The translations under genes were made by a program, and so were the position numbers. Shown here piece after piece: positions 1-10,260 of a stretch of 64,000 bases of DNA. The first letter of the stretch is position 1, and the number at the start of each line of letters is the position of its first letter. Origin of the DNA: Hemiscyllium ocellatum (lineage: Eukaryota). The notes beneath the pieces are model-generated. The model ran no database searches. It saw only the letters and a program-made list of their open reading frames with translations, and had not been told where the DNA came from. The DNA is taken from assembly GCF_020745735.1 (NCBI RefSeq), contig NC_083415.1:21469731-21533730 (forward strand), read 5' to 3'.

Positions 1-809
1 TTAGGACTATTGTTCTATCATCGAAAAAGGAGCATACATTATTGATTTATTAGTCATATGATTGGTGCATTTATACCAAATAGATGAAGATAATAATTGT
101 GCCCATGATAGAGATAGTCATATGACTTTGAATGTATAGCAATTCCAACACCACCATGCAATCAAGGTTTTGTCTGTGTTGCATATGATCGTCTGATCTC
201 AATAATTAACATTTGCCCACAAGATTTTCAGATTTTGCAGGAATAACATGTTAAAATTATCCTTGTCATGTGATTGCTTCACAGGTCTGCTTCTCCAGAG
301 CATTAGCAAGATCCTAAAGCATGTGAAATAAATCTAAATCTTTCTTTCACTTATTCTTGCTTGTTAAGTCATTTATATCATCATTATTGGAAGAGGAATG
401 AAGAGTGACAAGATAGTACCTGGAAACCAAGACCTTAGTTTATGATGTTCATGGAAACCACCGTGGAAAACAAAGAATGATCAATAAAATGACATATCTG
501 GACCAATTAAGAAAGTTTTTCAGTGCAATCCTTTACCAGTCTGCTCTCAGATCCCACCATTTTTAAACTGGTATCTATTGCTCTGCCCTGAAATTCATCA
601 TATGATTGATAGATTTTCAATGAAGCCTTCAATGAAGTGTCATAGCTGTTTAAACAGGAAATTGCATTTGCAAAGTAGCCTCATGCACATCATCTTTTCC
701 TTCATTTTATGTTGAGTTCTTTAAATACCATCTCTTGCTTTTTTTATATTGAACTCCTGCCAATTTAGAGCCACTGACAAATACATTGTGTACAGCGCAT
801 TTATTTCTT

Positions 810-1200
810 CAAAAAGAAACACGTGCATCTAAAGTGGTTTTCATGATTTCAGAATATCTGAGTACTCTACAGCCAGTAAAGTTTTAGAAGTGCAGTACTT
901 GTTGCAATTAAGGAAACCTGAATGCTAATTCACACACAGTAATGCCCCACATAAGGAGTGTAATACTGAGCAGATAATCTGTTTTTCATGATCTATTTAT
1001 AGATAAGCATTGACTTGTGCACAGGGAACTCCCTGCTGTTTGAAACCATGCCATGGTGTACCAGATCTCCACCTGAGAATTGGTAGAATCTCTGTTTAAA
1101 AGTTCATCTGTAAGATGACGCCTCTGACAGTGCAATACTCCCTTGGTACTATAATGGAATGTCAGGTTTGATGTATATGCCCAAGTTTCCTGAGGCAGCA
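810..1200 (-). mobile_element. Deu-domain SINE (SacSINE1/AmnSINE-like), degenerate
   Basis: Reverse strand resembles the Deu core (…cagtactgagggagtgctgcactgtcggaggtgccgtctt… / …aaaacagattatctg…) and the 3' part (…tggctgtaaagcgctt…); related to 7560-7760 and 54270-54480. Confidence 0.65.
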
Positions 1201-1598
1201 TGAACCAAAACATTCCCAGAGAGAAAACAAATGCGGTAAAATAAAGTAATATTTCAAAATGAATTACTGGTTATACTGGAGCACTGTTTTGAGGTATACA
1301 ATACAAATTAAGATCAATGCGTGTCATTTCCACCTTCTACGTTTTCTCCCCTGGCTTCTGTTTCAGACGCAAGATGCTCATAAATGAGGCGTGTTTGACA
1401 CTGTTGAAGAATGTTCATATCTATTCAGAATTAACATTTGTTTCACTCACTGGACACAGCAATGATGATGAGCTTTATGATATCCAAGCCTATTATTATA
1501 TTCTTCAGCAAAACCATCATTATCAGCATCAGTAAATCAAAAACCTGGAATTCCTTGCTCAGACAAGCTTGGAAGCAGCATCATCTCTATGACTCTAT

Positions 1599-1691
1599 CG
1601 GGTAGGACTAGATTGGGTTGGGATATCTGGTCGGCATGGATGGGTTGGACCGAAGGGTCTGTTTCCATGCTGTACATCTCTTTGACTCTAT
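1599..1691 (+). mobile_element. CR1 (HER1-like) LINE 3' tail only
   Basis: ggactagattgggttgggatatctggtcggcatgga…ccgaagggtctgtttccatgctgtacatctc; near-identical to the tails at 52470-52556 and 34050-34208. Confidence 0.85.
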
Positions 1692-2203
1692 GGCTTTATG
1701 TCAAGAGCTGCAGCAGTTTCAGTATTTACTCAGGAAACTGGAGTTTATGAACAAGTATAGCTTTGCATCTAGCCATACTCCAAGTTTTGTTTTAAAGAGC
1801 ATCTTTCCTTTTTATTTATTTTTGTTGTTGAACAACAAATTCTGCATATCTCGAGGGTTGGTGTTAGGCCCCTAGCTGTTTGTACTGTTTAGTAATGATC
1901 TAGACATGAATGTAAGAATATAATCATTAAGTCTGCTGAAGACATGAAAGTTTGTGTGTGTTAAATAGCAAGGAGGGCTGTTTTACAGTGCAGAACTGTG
2001 TAGACAGGCTAGTCAGATAGGTAGAACAATGGTAAATGGAATTTAATCTGGAAAGGTGTGTGGTGAAGCATTTTGGGAGGATTAACATGCCAAGAGAGTA
2101 CACGATGAATAGCGGGACCTTAGGAATTACAGAGGATCAAAGAAGTTGAAAATGTGTTGCTGGTTAAAGCACAGCAGGTCAGGCAGCATCCAAGAAATAG
2201 GAA

Positions 2204-2239
2204 ATTCGACGTTTTGGGCATAAGCCCTTCATCAGGAAT
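2204..2239 (-). ncRNA. Minimal hammerhead ribozyme, core mutated (GAAA to AAAA)
   Basis: Reverse strand ATTC-CTGATGA-A-GGGC-TTAT-GCCC-AAAA-CGTC-GAAT; change at 2215. Confidence 0.7.
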
Positions 2240-2241
2240 CT

Positions 2242-2275
2242 TTCCTGATGAAGGGCTTATGCCCGAAACGTCGAA
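2242..2275 (+). ncRNA. Minimal type I hammerhead ribozyme, intact core
   Basis: TTC-CTGATGA-A-GGGC-TTAT-GCCC-GAAA-CG-TC-GAA: both conserved boxes, helix II, palindromic ACGT helix III, GUC cleavage triplet, short helix I (TTC/GAA). Confidence 0.8.
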
Positions 2276-4239
2276 TTTCCTATTCCTTGGATGCTGCCTG
2301 ACCTGCTGTGCTTTAACCAGCAACACATTTTCAACTGTGATCTCCAGCATCTGCAGACCTCATTTTTTACCAGAGGATCAAAGAACCTTGGTTTGCAAGT
2401 ACATGGATCCCTGGAGCCAGCAGAATGGGTATATTAGGTGAATAAGAAGGAATATGGGTACCATTCTATTAATCTTGGCGCTGATTACAAGAGCAGGGAG
2501 GCTATGAAGAAGCTGGATAAAACTGGAAAGACCACAGCTGGAAAGCTCTGTGCAATTCTGATTGCCACCTTATAGGAAGTATGTGATAGGATACAAAGGA
2601 AATTCACCGGGATGCTTTCCAAACTAGAGATTTGCACCTGTGAAGAGAAACCAAATAGGCTGGGATTGTTTCTCTTAGAGCAGCGAAGACTGAGAGAGAA
2701 CCTGGGTGAGACGTACAAAACTATGTGGCACATATTTAGAGTACATATGAAATTTGTTTCACCTTAGTAGAGGGATCAATAACTGGAACATAAATGTGAG
2801 GAAATAGACAGAAGGTTTAAAAGGGATTTGAGGATTTGTTTTTACTCAAAGTGAGGGGTGCATCTGGAATTTACTGCCTGAAAGGGTGGTAGAGTTTGGA
2901 ACTCTCACAACATTTAATAAATATTTAGATAAACACTTGAAATGTCATACCATATAAGGCAATAGGTCAAGGGCTTGAAAATGGGACTTGAGTAGATAGG
3001 AGCTTGATGACCTGCATGTATATGTTTCCAAGCTGTTAAACTCTTTGGCAATGACTTTATGACAAAACAATGACTTAGTAGATTATATCACTTTGGTCTG
3101 CCTGAATTTGTTTTGCTTTCAAATTCCTTGGGTGGGACATGATAAAGTCTCAATATTTGAGACAACCATGAGTGAGTACCTAGTGTGACCTCTTTCTTGT
3201 CATAAGTGGTACTCCAAACATTTCTGTAAAGTGGGAAATGACAGAATTCCAAATTCCATAAGGTATGTCCTTATTCTCCACAATTACTTGCTGGAGAAGT
3301 TACAGCATTTGGCTGTTACAACATTTACAATAACCTATTATACAACAGGATACCAAAAAAAAATCTTTCTTGGCTATTACATTGAGATTTAAGGAGCTTA
3401 GATGTCTGTTAATTTGGATTCACACCTGATTAATAAGATTACCATGTATTTTCCTTTGGTTTGTTAGTTAAGATGCATGGCATAGTTCACGCTTATGTTC
3501 ACTGAAATGGAACAGCAAAAGTAAATCAACAGGACCTATTACTCGCAAATCCTTTTAACTCTATAATAATAATTTCTAGTGTTGACCCAAAGATTCCAGT
3601 CACAATCACAAACCTTGAGTTGAATCTTGCAGGGGTCTGAATAATATAGATTATAGTGAGAAATGTGGCAGAACCACATGAGAAGTCCAGTGAAGATTAT
3701 CTCAACATTAGGTGCAACTTTCTTCATGTCTTAACTAAATTCTGGGCATCAAGGCAAGATTCTCTCAGCAAGATTCCAATTCATCTGCTTATTGCTCGTT
3801 AATGATCTTACTAACTGTATACAATGTCTTATTAATATGCAGAAATCTATTGTATCTTCAGTTACACAAGAAAATTTGGATGCTAAGAATTCTCGACATG
3901 GAAGACATAGTGTGTACCTAACCCAGGAGGGTAGAGCTAATTTAGTTGAGAAGATCTACAGGTTTCAGTTAAGGATTGGTCACTTAACATCTGGGGCTGT
4001 TTGGTAGGTTAAGTGATTGGTACATAGTTGGTTGTTGCGTCTGTCCAGAGAAAGTGGAAAGAGAACTGAGGGTAGTGGAGTGGTGTTGATAAGGGAGTCA
4101 CTGCCCTGAGAGGAAGACTCAGGATTCCACTCATGAGGATTGGGCTCTGCAGGCAGATAGGCAGGCCTGCAGAGGTTCCTAATCCCTGTTTCCTATATAG
4201 CTTCCTGCCCCAGACATTGCTGACTTTGATTCTATGACC

Positions 4240-4440
4240 CAAACTCATACATGATGGCCAAACATCCTAAATTAATTTAGTCCCATTTGCCAGCATTTGC
4301 CCCATATGACTCAAACCCCTCCTATTCATGTACCCATCCAATGCCTTTTAAATGCTGTAATTGTACCAGCCTCCACCACTTCCCCGACAACACATTCCAG
4401 GAATGTACTACTCTCTGTGTGAAAAAGTTGTGCTTAAAAG
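4240..4440 (-). mobile_element. CR1 LINE 3' fragment
   Basis: tagtcccatttgccagcatttgcccca…gtaccagcctccaccacttcccc…gaaaaagttg matches the 3' end of CR1 at 45060-45225. Confidence 0.8.
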
Positions 4441-4467
4441 GTTCTTTTTTTCATTCCCTCCCACTAA

Positions 4468-4570
4468 CAGTTTCAAGAAGAGTCAAATCAGATTTGAAAC
4501 ATTACCTTGGTTTCTCTCTCTTCAGATACACAGACTTGCTGAATTTCTCCAGCATTTTCTGTTTTCTTTG
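4468..4570 (+). mobile_element. Degenerate PLE terminal repeat with relic hammerhead
   Basis: …caagaagagtca…gatttgaaacatt…cagacttgctgaatttctccagcattttctgtttt; homologous to 56140-56241. Confidence 0.55.
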
Positions 4571-5029
4571 AACTTTTCCACAGTTTAGTGTATTTTATTT
4601 TAAGCACAATTCACTCCATCAGTTAAGAGTAATAAGGAATAGTTTGGTGATTAATCTTCAGTTTAGTGATTTCAATAAAAACAACAAAAATAACTTGGGC
4701 ACTCTTACTGTCTGGAAATTTGGTATCTCTGCAGTTCCCCTCTATTTCTAAGATAATAATCTAATAATAATTCATTATGCTCAAAGACATTTCCCCAGCA
4801 TCTTTGCATATATGCAATATTTCCCATTATTTTGATGTATTATAATGAATATTTCTTTCCATTCTGCTCCTCACAACGGATGTTTAGTACCCATACTCAT
4901 TTTTTATGTCTTCAAAGATAAATTGGTCCTGTTCTCGAAAATCATGTGTTTGTGCTACTTACCATTAAAAGCATGTTTTATTCAATATTTTTTTCCATGC
5001 TTTGGACATTTTGACCAATCTATGTATTA

Positions 5030-5480
5030 AACACACGTTACTCAAGTACTCTTGTTGGTGATGGCCGAAGAATTTACTTTGTGTTTCAACTCGATTTTAT
5101 AAACAAAACATTCATTATTAAAATACTGCGTGAACATTTTCCAAATCCCTACTGTATTTGCTCTCTATCTAGCTCTACTTGTTTGAGAAAGGTTATTATT
5201 CGCAACAATCCACATATTTGAGCTGGGCCATTCGAATCTCTTTCTTCTCCAATAGAGTGCTGATTCTCTTCGCTGAGGGTGAGTCTCTCAGGTCAGGATC
5301 TTCTCCTAAGTCTTTTTGGGTTGCCTCACAGTCTTCTGCCATTAGTCTTAGTGCACCATTTCCCTGCGAGTCTGTTCAATGCGGCACTAGCTTCTAGGTA
5401 TGTGTTTCTAACCTCCCTCACACCAGACCTTCCAGAATGTTTTATAGCCTATGGCTAATGAGGTCATGAGCTGAGTTCAG
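5030..5480. repeat. Dispersed repeat, probably LTR-derived (copy 1)
   Basis: Shares blocks with 33930-34800: actcttgttggtga, tgtttgagaaa, tttgagctgggc, cagaccttccagaatgtt. Confidence 0.6.
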
Positions 5481-7559
5481 ATCATCTGGCCAACGTCTTT
5501 CACTGTTGCCATGTTGGGAGGTGTAAAGTGCACATACTCATGCAGTCAAGGTGCCAGATCAGATTGATATGTTTCTAATACACAACCCTTGAGCTGGTTG
5601 TTACTGATTCCCCCTGAACTTTTATGACCTCTTTGATCTTGGTTTCCACTGCTCTCTGTAGCTGATAACTGCTGATAGCTATTTAGTTTGGCCAATTTTC
5701 TGTCAGGCTTGACTTCTCGGGCTATGGTTCAATTTAGAATGTTCAATTTTGGGACAGTAGTTGTTTGACCACAAATACATTGAATGGTAGTTGCAATATG
5801 CAAATACATTCAATAAATTATAGTTATGTAAACAGTAAAATTAAAGTGATAATAATTAATAACATAACAAATTGCCAGAGTACAATTATCAGGTGAAGAA
5901 GATCTTGCTCTGTTAGAAGTTGTCCTTGTATTTAATTTGGAAGCTGTTTCTGGCCCCTTCTCTTTTTGGTAAGATTTTGAAATTTGTAACCCAATTAAAT
6001 ATACCAGTGAGTTGTTGTACAGTTGTTAAGTTATATTATTACTGTACTATTCTTTCAAAAGGAACTCCTTCCGTATACAGAAACATATCATACCTTCATT
6101 CCAAAAAAATTATTTTAATTGCCCGCATGGAGCTGTTTACATGAAGGCAATAATGCTAACTTGATAATTAACAGCTCCGAATTTAACAACTGGCCAAATA
6201 AATCATCGAACTAATCTTTTTGCATATCATTCATGTCCAATTTGTGCATTTGAATAGATAAGATTTATCAATAAACCTTGGATTTCCCAACATTATACGT
6301 GATAACATTTCTATCAAATGAATGGAAATTTCAGCTGAAAGGGTTTGAAATATTATGTTTGAACATCTTGGCAGTATTATTTTTAGAACAGATAATTTTC
6401 TTTATTTGACCTGTCGTGTTCCCCTGGCAACATGTAAAACCTGACTCCAGCAATATCTTTTATGATTAATAAGCTGTATTCACTAATACAGTCTGTATTT
6501 CACACAAATTTATTTCCTTTGAAGAACCACTCAATTTCTTAATTTCATTTACACATTAGACCTCCTCTGTTCAAATTTGCATATAAATTAGAGTGTGTTT
6601 TATCAGCACTCACCATACCTTGTATTTCTTTATATCTCCTTACTTTTAATGAGTTCATTTTATGGCTTCCATCTTGTGGCTAAATGACAGCAAAATTTTG
6701 CTTCTTAAATGACCGTAAAGAAGGGATAGCTTGTGTTACAAGCAGTGATATTCCCAATACTTTGTAAAAGGCTGCACATGTCATTATTTAATTCAACCAC
6801 AAGTCAACATTCTTATCTCCTTAAAAGTACATAATTATATATTTTTTTAAATATGTAGAGTACCACTTTGGTTTTCTATTAGTATTTGCTAATAAAGTGA
6901 ATGCTAGTGATTTTAAACGCGGCTGAACAATTCATTTTCTTGTCAAATATTAATTACATTTGTTAATTAATGGCAATAATACATTGTTAAGTTTTAAAAT
7001 TTTGAATGAAGTTACTTCTTACTGGTTTTTATTCCCCCATGCCTAACGTGTATTAAACATCTCTATTACCTACTTAGTGAGAATTGCTTTTTTACTGGAA
7101 GGCTATGTAATATCCATGCACCTAACTTCTTAATTTAGCTCAATTACTCTGCCCTTTCCAATCTGCCTCTCTGCAGTATCACATTTAAAATAGTTTGGCT
7201 TTGCTTACTTCTTAATATATTTGTATCTCGATGATTTGCATTGCTCCATCAAATCACAATACAGATATGATACATCTTTTTGCCTGATCTTTAATGTGTA
7301 AGCTATTTGAAACTATTATAAATGTGATACTGCAGGAGATAATTAATAGGAAAGTGAGAGAAAAAAATAAGCTGACAAAAGAATCAGTTTCTCAAAAATG
7401 CATGTCTAATCAGAGATGGAAACAAGTCAGATGCATCTATGCCACAACTTTCTCAGTCTCAGAATGTCCCTGTTACTTCTGAAGAGTTTTAATACAGGTA
7501 AACTATACTGCCAATTTTTGCATACAAAGATAATGATAAAATTAGTCACCAGGATTTGT

Positions 7560-7760
7560 TTTTCAACACTTCTTGAAGAACAATGGAGCAGATTTTGTCT
7601 TGCCAACACTCATCCCTCAATCATCCTCATAAAAACAGATTACTTGGTCATTTAGCAGATCGCTATATGAAATATTGCTATTGTTTTCTTGTATTATAAC
7701 ACTGATTACACTTTAAAAGTACCTCTGGCTGTGCAGCTCTGAGAGAGTGTGCATCACTTT
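7560..7760 (+). mobile_element. Deu-domain SINE fragment
   Basis: gccaacactcatccctcaa…aaaacagattacttggtcatt…ttacactttaaaagtac…tggctgt. Confidence 0.55.
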
Positions 7761-8274
7761 ACCAAAATAACTTTCATTTCCATAGTATTACTTTTTATTT
7801 CCATTTACAGTAAGCACCAGGTTAAAATAGAAATCCAGAATTATGTATTCTCCTGGAACTATTGGAAAACCAAGGGTTTACAAAGACTATCATTTAGAAA
7901 GCATGTTAAAGAAAAAAGACATAATGCTAAGTCTGGAGTAAAGGGTTAACTATACCAACACTCTGCCAAAAGCTACTAGGCATGTTGTATCATTATGAAT
8001 TGGAGCCCAATGTCTGAAGGTCTGTGTGAAGACATGCTCCACCAAACTCATGCAGGCAAGTAAAGTTAATAAATATTAATAATTTATACTAGCCTTATAA
8101 TGAGTCCTCGGATTTCTTAAGGTACTTGATGTTGCTTAATGGAAACAAGACCTATTAATAATTATGGTAAGTTGCAAGAAAAAAGCCTGAAAAAAAGTCA
8201 AACATCAGTAGAGAGCAGCGAATGAAGTACATTGAGAGTCGGCCACCAATTGGAGTGCAACTGGGAACGCAACG

Positions 8275-8605
8275 GCCTTGTGGTATTGTCACTGGACATC
8301 AATCTAGAGACCCAGATATGTTCTGGGGATCCGGGTTCGAATCCTGTCACAACAGGTGGAGGAATTTGAATTCAGTTGGAAAAACATCTGGAATTAAGGG
8401 TCTGATGATGAACATGAATCCATTGTTGAATGTTGTAAAAAAACATTTGGTTCACAATGTCCTTTAGGAAAGGAATCCATACCTTGTCTGGCTGACTTGT
8501 GACTCCAGACCCACAGCAATCTGAACTGCCCTTTGGGCAATTAGGGGTGGGCAATAAATGCTAGCCTAGACAGCGATGCCCTCATCCCGTGAATGATTTT
8601 TTTTT
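8275..8605 (+). mobile_element. tRNA-derived SINE sharing its 3' tail with LINE family 2
   Basis: B-box gggttcgaatcct at about 8333-8345; tail gggcaataaatgctagcctagacagcgatgccctcatcccgtgaatga resembles the LINE end at 62135-62190. Confidence 0.75.
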
Positions 8606-8949
8606 AAAAATGGAGTGCAGGGAGGATAACCACAAGGATAGCCCAGTAACTGGTATAGACAGCAAGGCAGGAAACACAAGTTTACCTTGAATGAGCACCT
8701 TTAACCACTCAGTAACCTTTTAATATGTAGCAGACCCTATACAGGGCCAAACAAGGGCTGAATGGAAGTAAGCCTTTCCAGGCTTCTTAGTATAGAAGGT
8801 GCAGAACTGAAAGAGCACCATATCAGCAAAGCAGGAAGCATGCTAGAAAGGTAGCAATTTCGAGGTCCTCATTTATGGTAGGGAAAGTCACCATTAACAT
8901 TAAATGCGTCCAACTTTCAAATGGCTGTGCCATGTATCTCATAAGAGAA

Positions 8950-9400
8950 TTTTACTGTAATTTAATAATAAAAGGATTTCCATCGGTGGGGCAGAAATTT
9001 GTAAATAAGGGTCTCCGGTTTACAACAGTCCAGAGAATTGCCAACAAAAGAACAAGATTTATTTGTCAGTTGTCAGCACAGATGATGATTTCTGGTCTGC
9101 ATATGTCATAGTAAATAGGAAAACCCATTTTAACTTTGCTGCAGGAGTGGACATGTCTATTCTTTCAGATTCCAAACTGTGGATGAAACCTCACTTTCGC
9201 AGCCATAGTCCTTTCAACTTCAGAACTCAGGATGCATTCAGATCAGAAAAAAAGAGGGCAGAGGCACCCTGTAGTTTGGTGCAATGAGAGACAATCACTG
9301 ATACTTGATATTTCATTGCTAACCATCACATTTTCTTATTAAACAGAAACGCCACTGCGACTTTGGATCTTCTGTTTCTCAATTGCAAAAAACAAACAGA
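8950..9400 (+). pseudogene. Ty3/Gypsy gag-protease relic
   Basis: FPSVGQK (like CPAxGxxC knuckle), VNRKTHFNFAAGVDMSILS (like FKLDTGADVSVLS), LLNRNATATLDLL (like LLGRDxxxxLxL). Confidence 0.5.
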
Positions 9401-9957
9401 GATTGATTCAACTGTGAATCAGTCCTCACTGCAGAAACCTCATCCTGAGGACCACAGGAAGATAGTGCAGATTTTTACTATTTCAAAGAAGACAACAGAA
9501 CATAAGAAGAAAGGTGCCAAGGTTCAAAGTAATCTGCTAAAGTGGACATTCTAGGCTTTGGTTAGTTCTTTTAGAAGAAAATTAAGCTGACACTGATGCC
9601 AATGAATTGCTGGAAGAGGAGGTCTTATCCTTTACCTTCTGGGAACAGCATCACTGATGCTGAAATCACTTCTGCCTAATTGAGGAGGAACTGATTTTGT
9701 CAGGAAAATGATAAACAGGTAACTTTGCTTGTTTCATTGAGCCTTCCCTTAACATACAACATCAACAGCAACCAGAATCAAATATAAAAATTCCTTCCTG
9801 TGATGAAGGCTGGGACAAAGCACAGAAAGAGACCGACATCCTGCACTGAAGTCACAACTCACACAAATGATAGAGTATTCCTTTGCAAAGCTACAGGAAT
9901 TATAAAGGAAGGTAAAAACTTGCCAGGATATCTTGTTAAGTGCCATGAAGAAGCATT

Positions 9958-10260
9958 ATAGATTACTTACAGTGTGGAAACAGGACCTTCAGCCCAACAA
10001 GTCCACACCGACCCACCGAAGCGCACCCACCCAGACCCATTCCCCTACACCTAACACTACAGGCAATTTAGCATGGCCAATTCACTTAACCTGCACATTT
10101 TTGGACTGTGGGAGGAAACCGGAGCACCCCAGAGGAAACCCACGCCAACACAGGGAGAATGTGCAAACTCCACACAGTCAGTCACCTGAGACGGGAATTG
10201 AACCCAGGTCTCTGGCGCTGTGAGGCAACAGTGCTAACCACTGTGCCACTGTGCTGCCCA
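9958..10260 (-). mobile_element. HE1-type V-SINE, full length
   Basis: Reverse strand: tRNA head gggcagcacagtggcacagtggttagcac…ggttcaattccc, V domain gtggagtttgcacattctccc…, CR1-type tail. Confidence 0.9.

Larger units (their letters stand above)
2145..2370. mobile_element. Fold-back (palindromic) Penelope-like terminal-repeat cassette, non-coding
   Basis: Inverted arms 2144-2238 and 2242-2336 (2 mismatches, 3-nt loop); 15-bp direct repeat cagaggatcaaagaa at 2130-2144 and 2371-2385. Confidence 0.85.
1850..3060 (+). pseudogene. Old CR1 LINE RT C-terminal half plus 3' UTR, interrupted by the 2145-2370 insertion
   Basis: Degenerate matches to QGSVLGP, FADD, QWQMEFNxEKC, EDQRxLGxQVHGSL and RPQLExCVQFW; many stops and frameshifts. 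Confidence 0.8.

Noticed and set aside
2120-2441. Similar ORFs on both strands (also 42211-42510)
   Set aside because: Artefact of the palindrome; the element is non-coding
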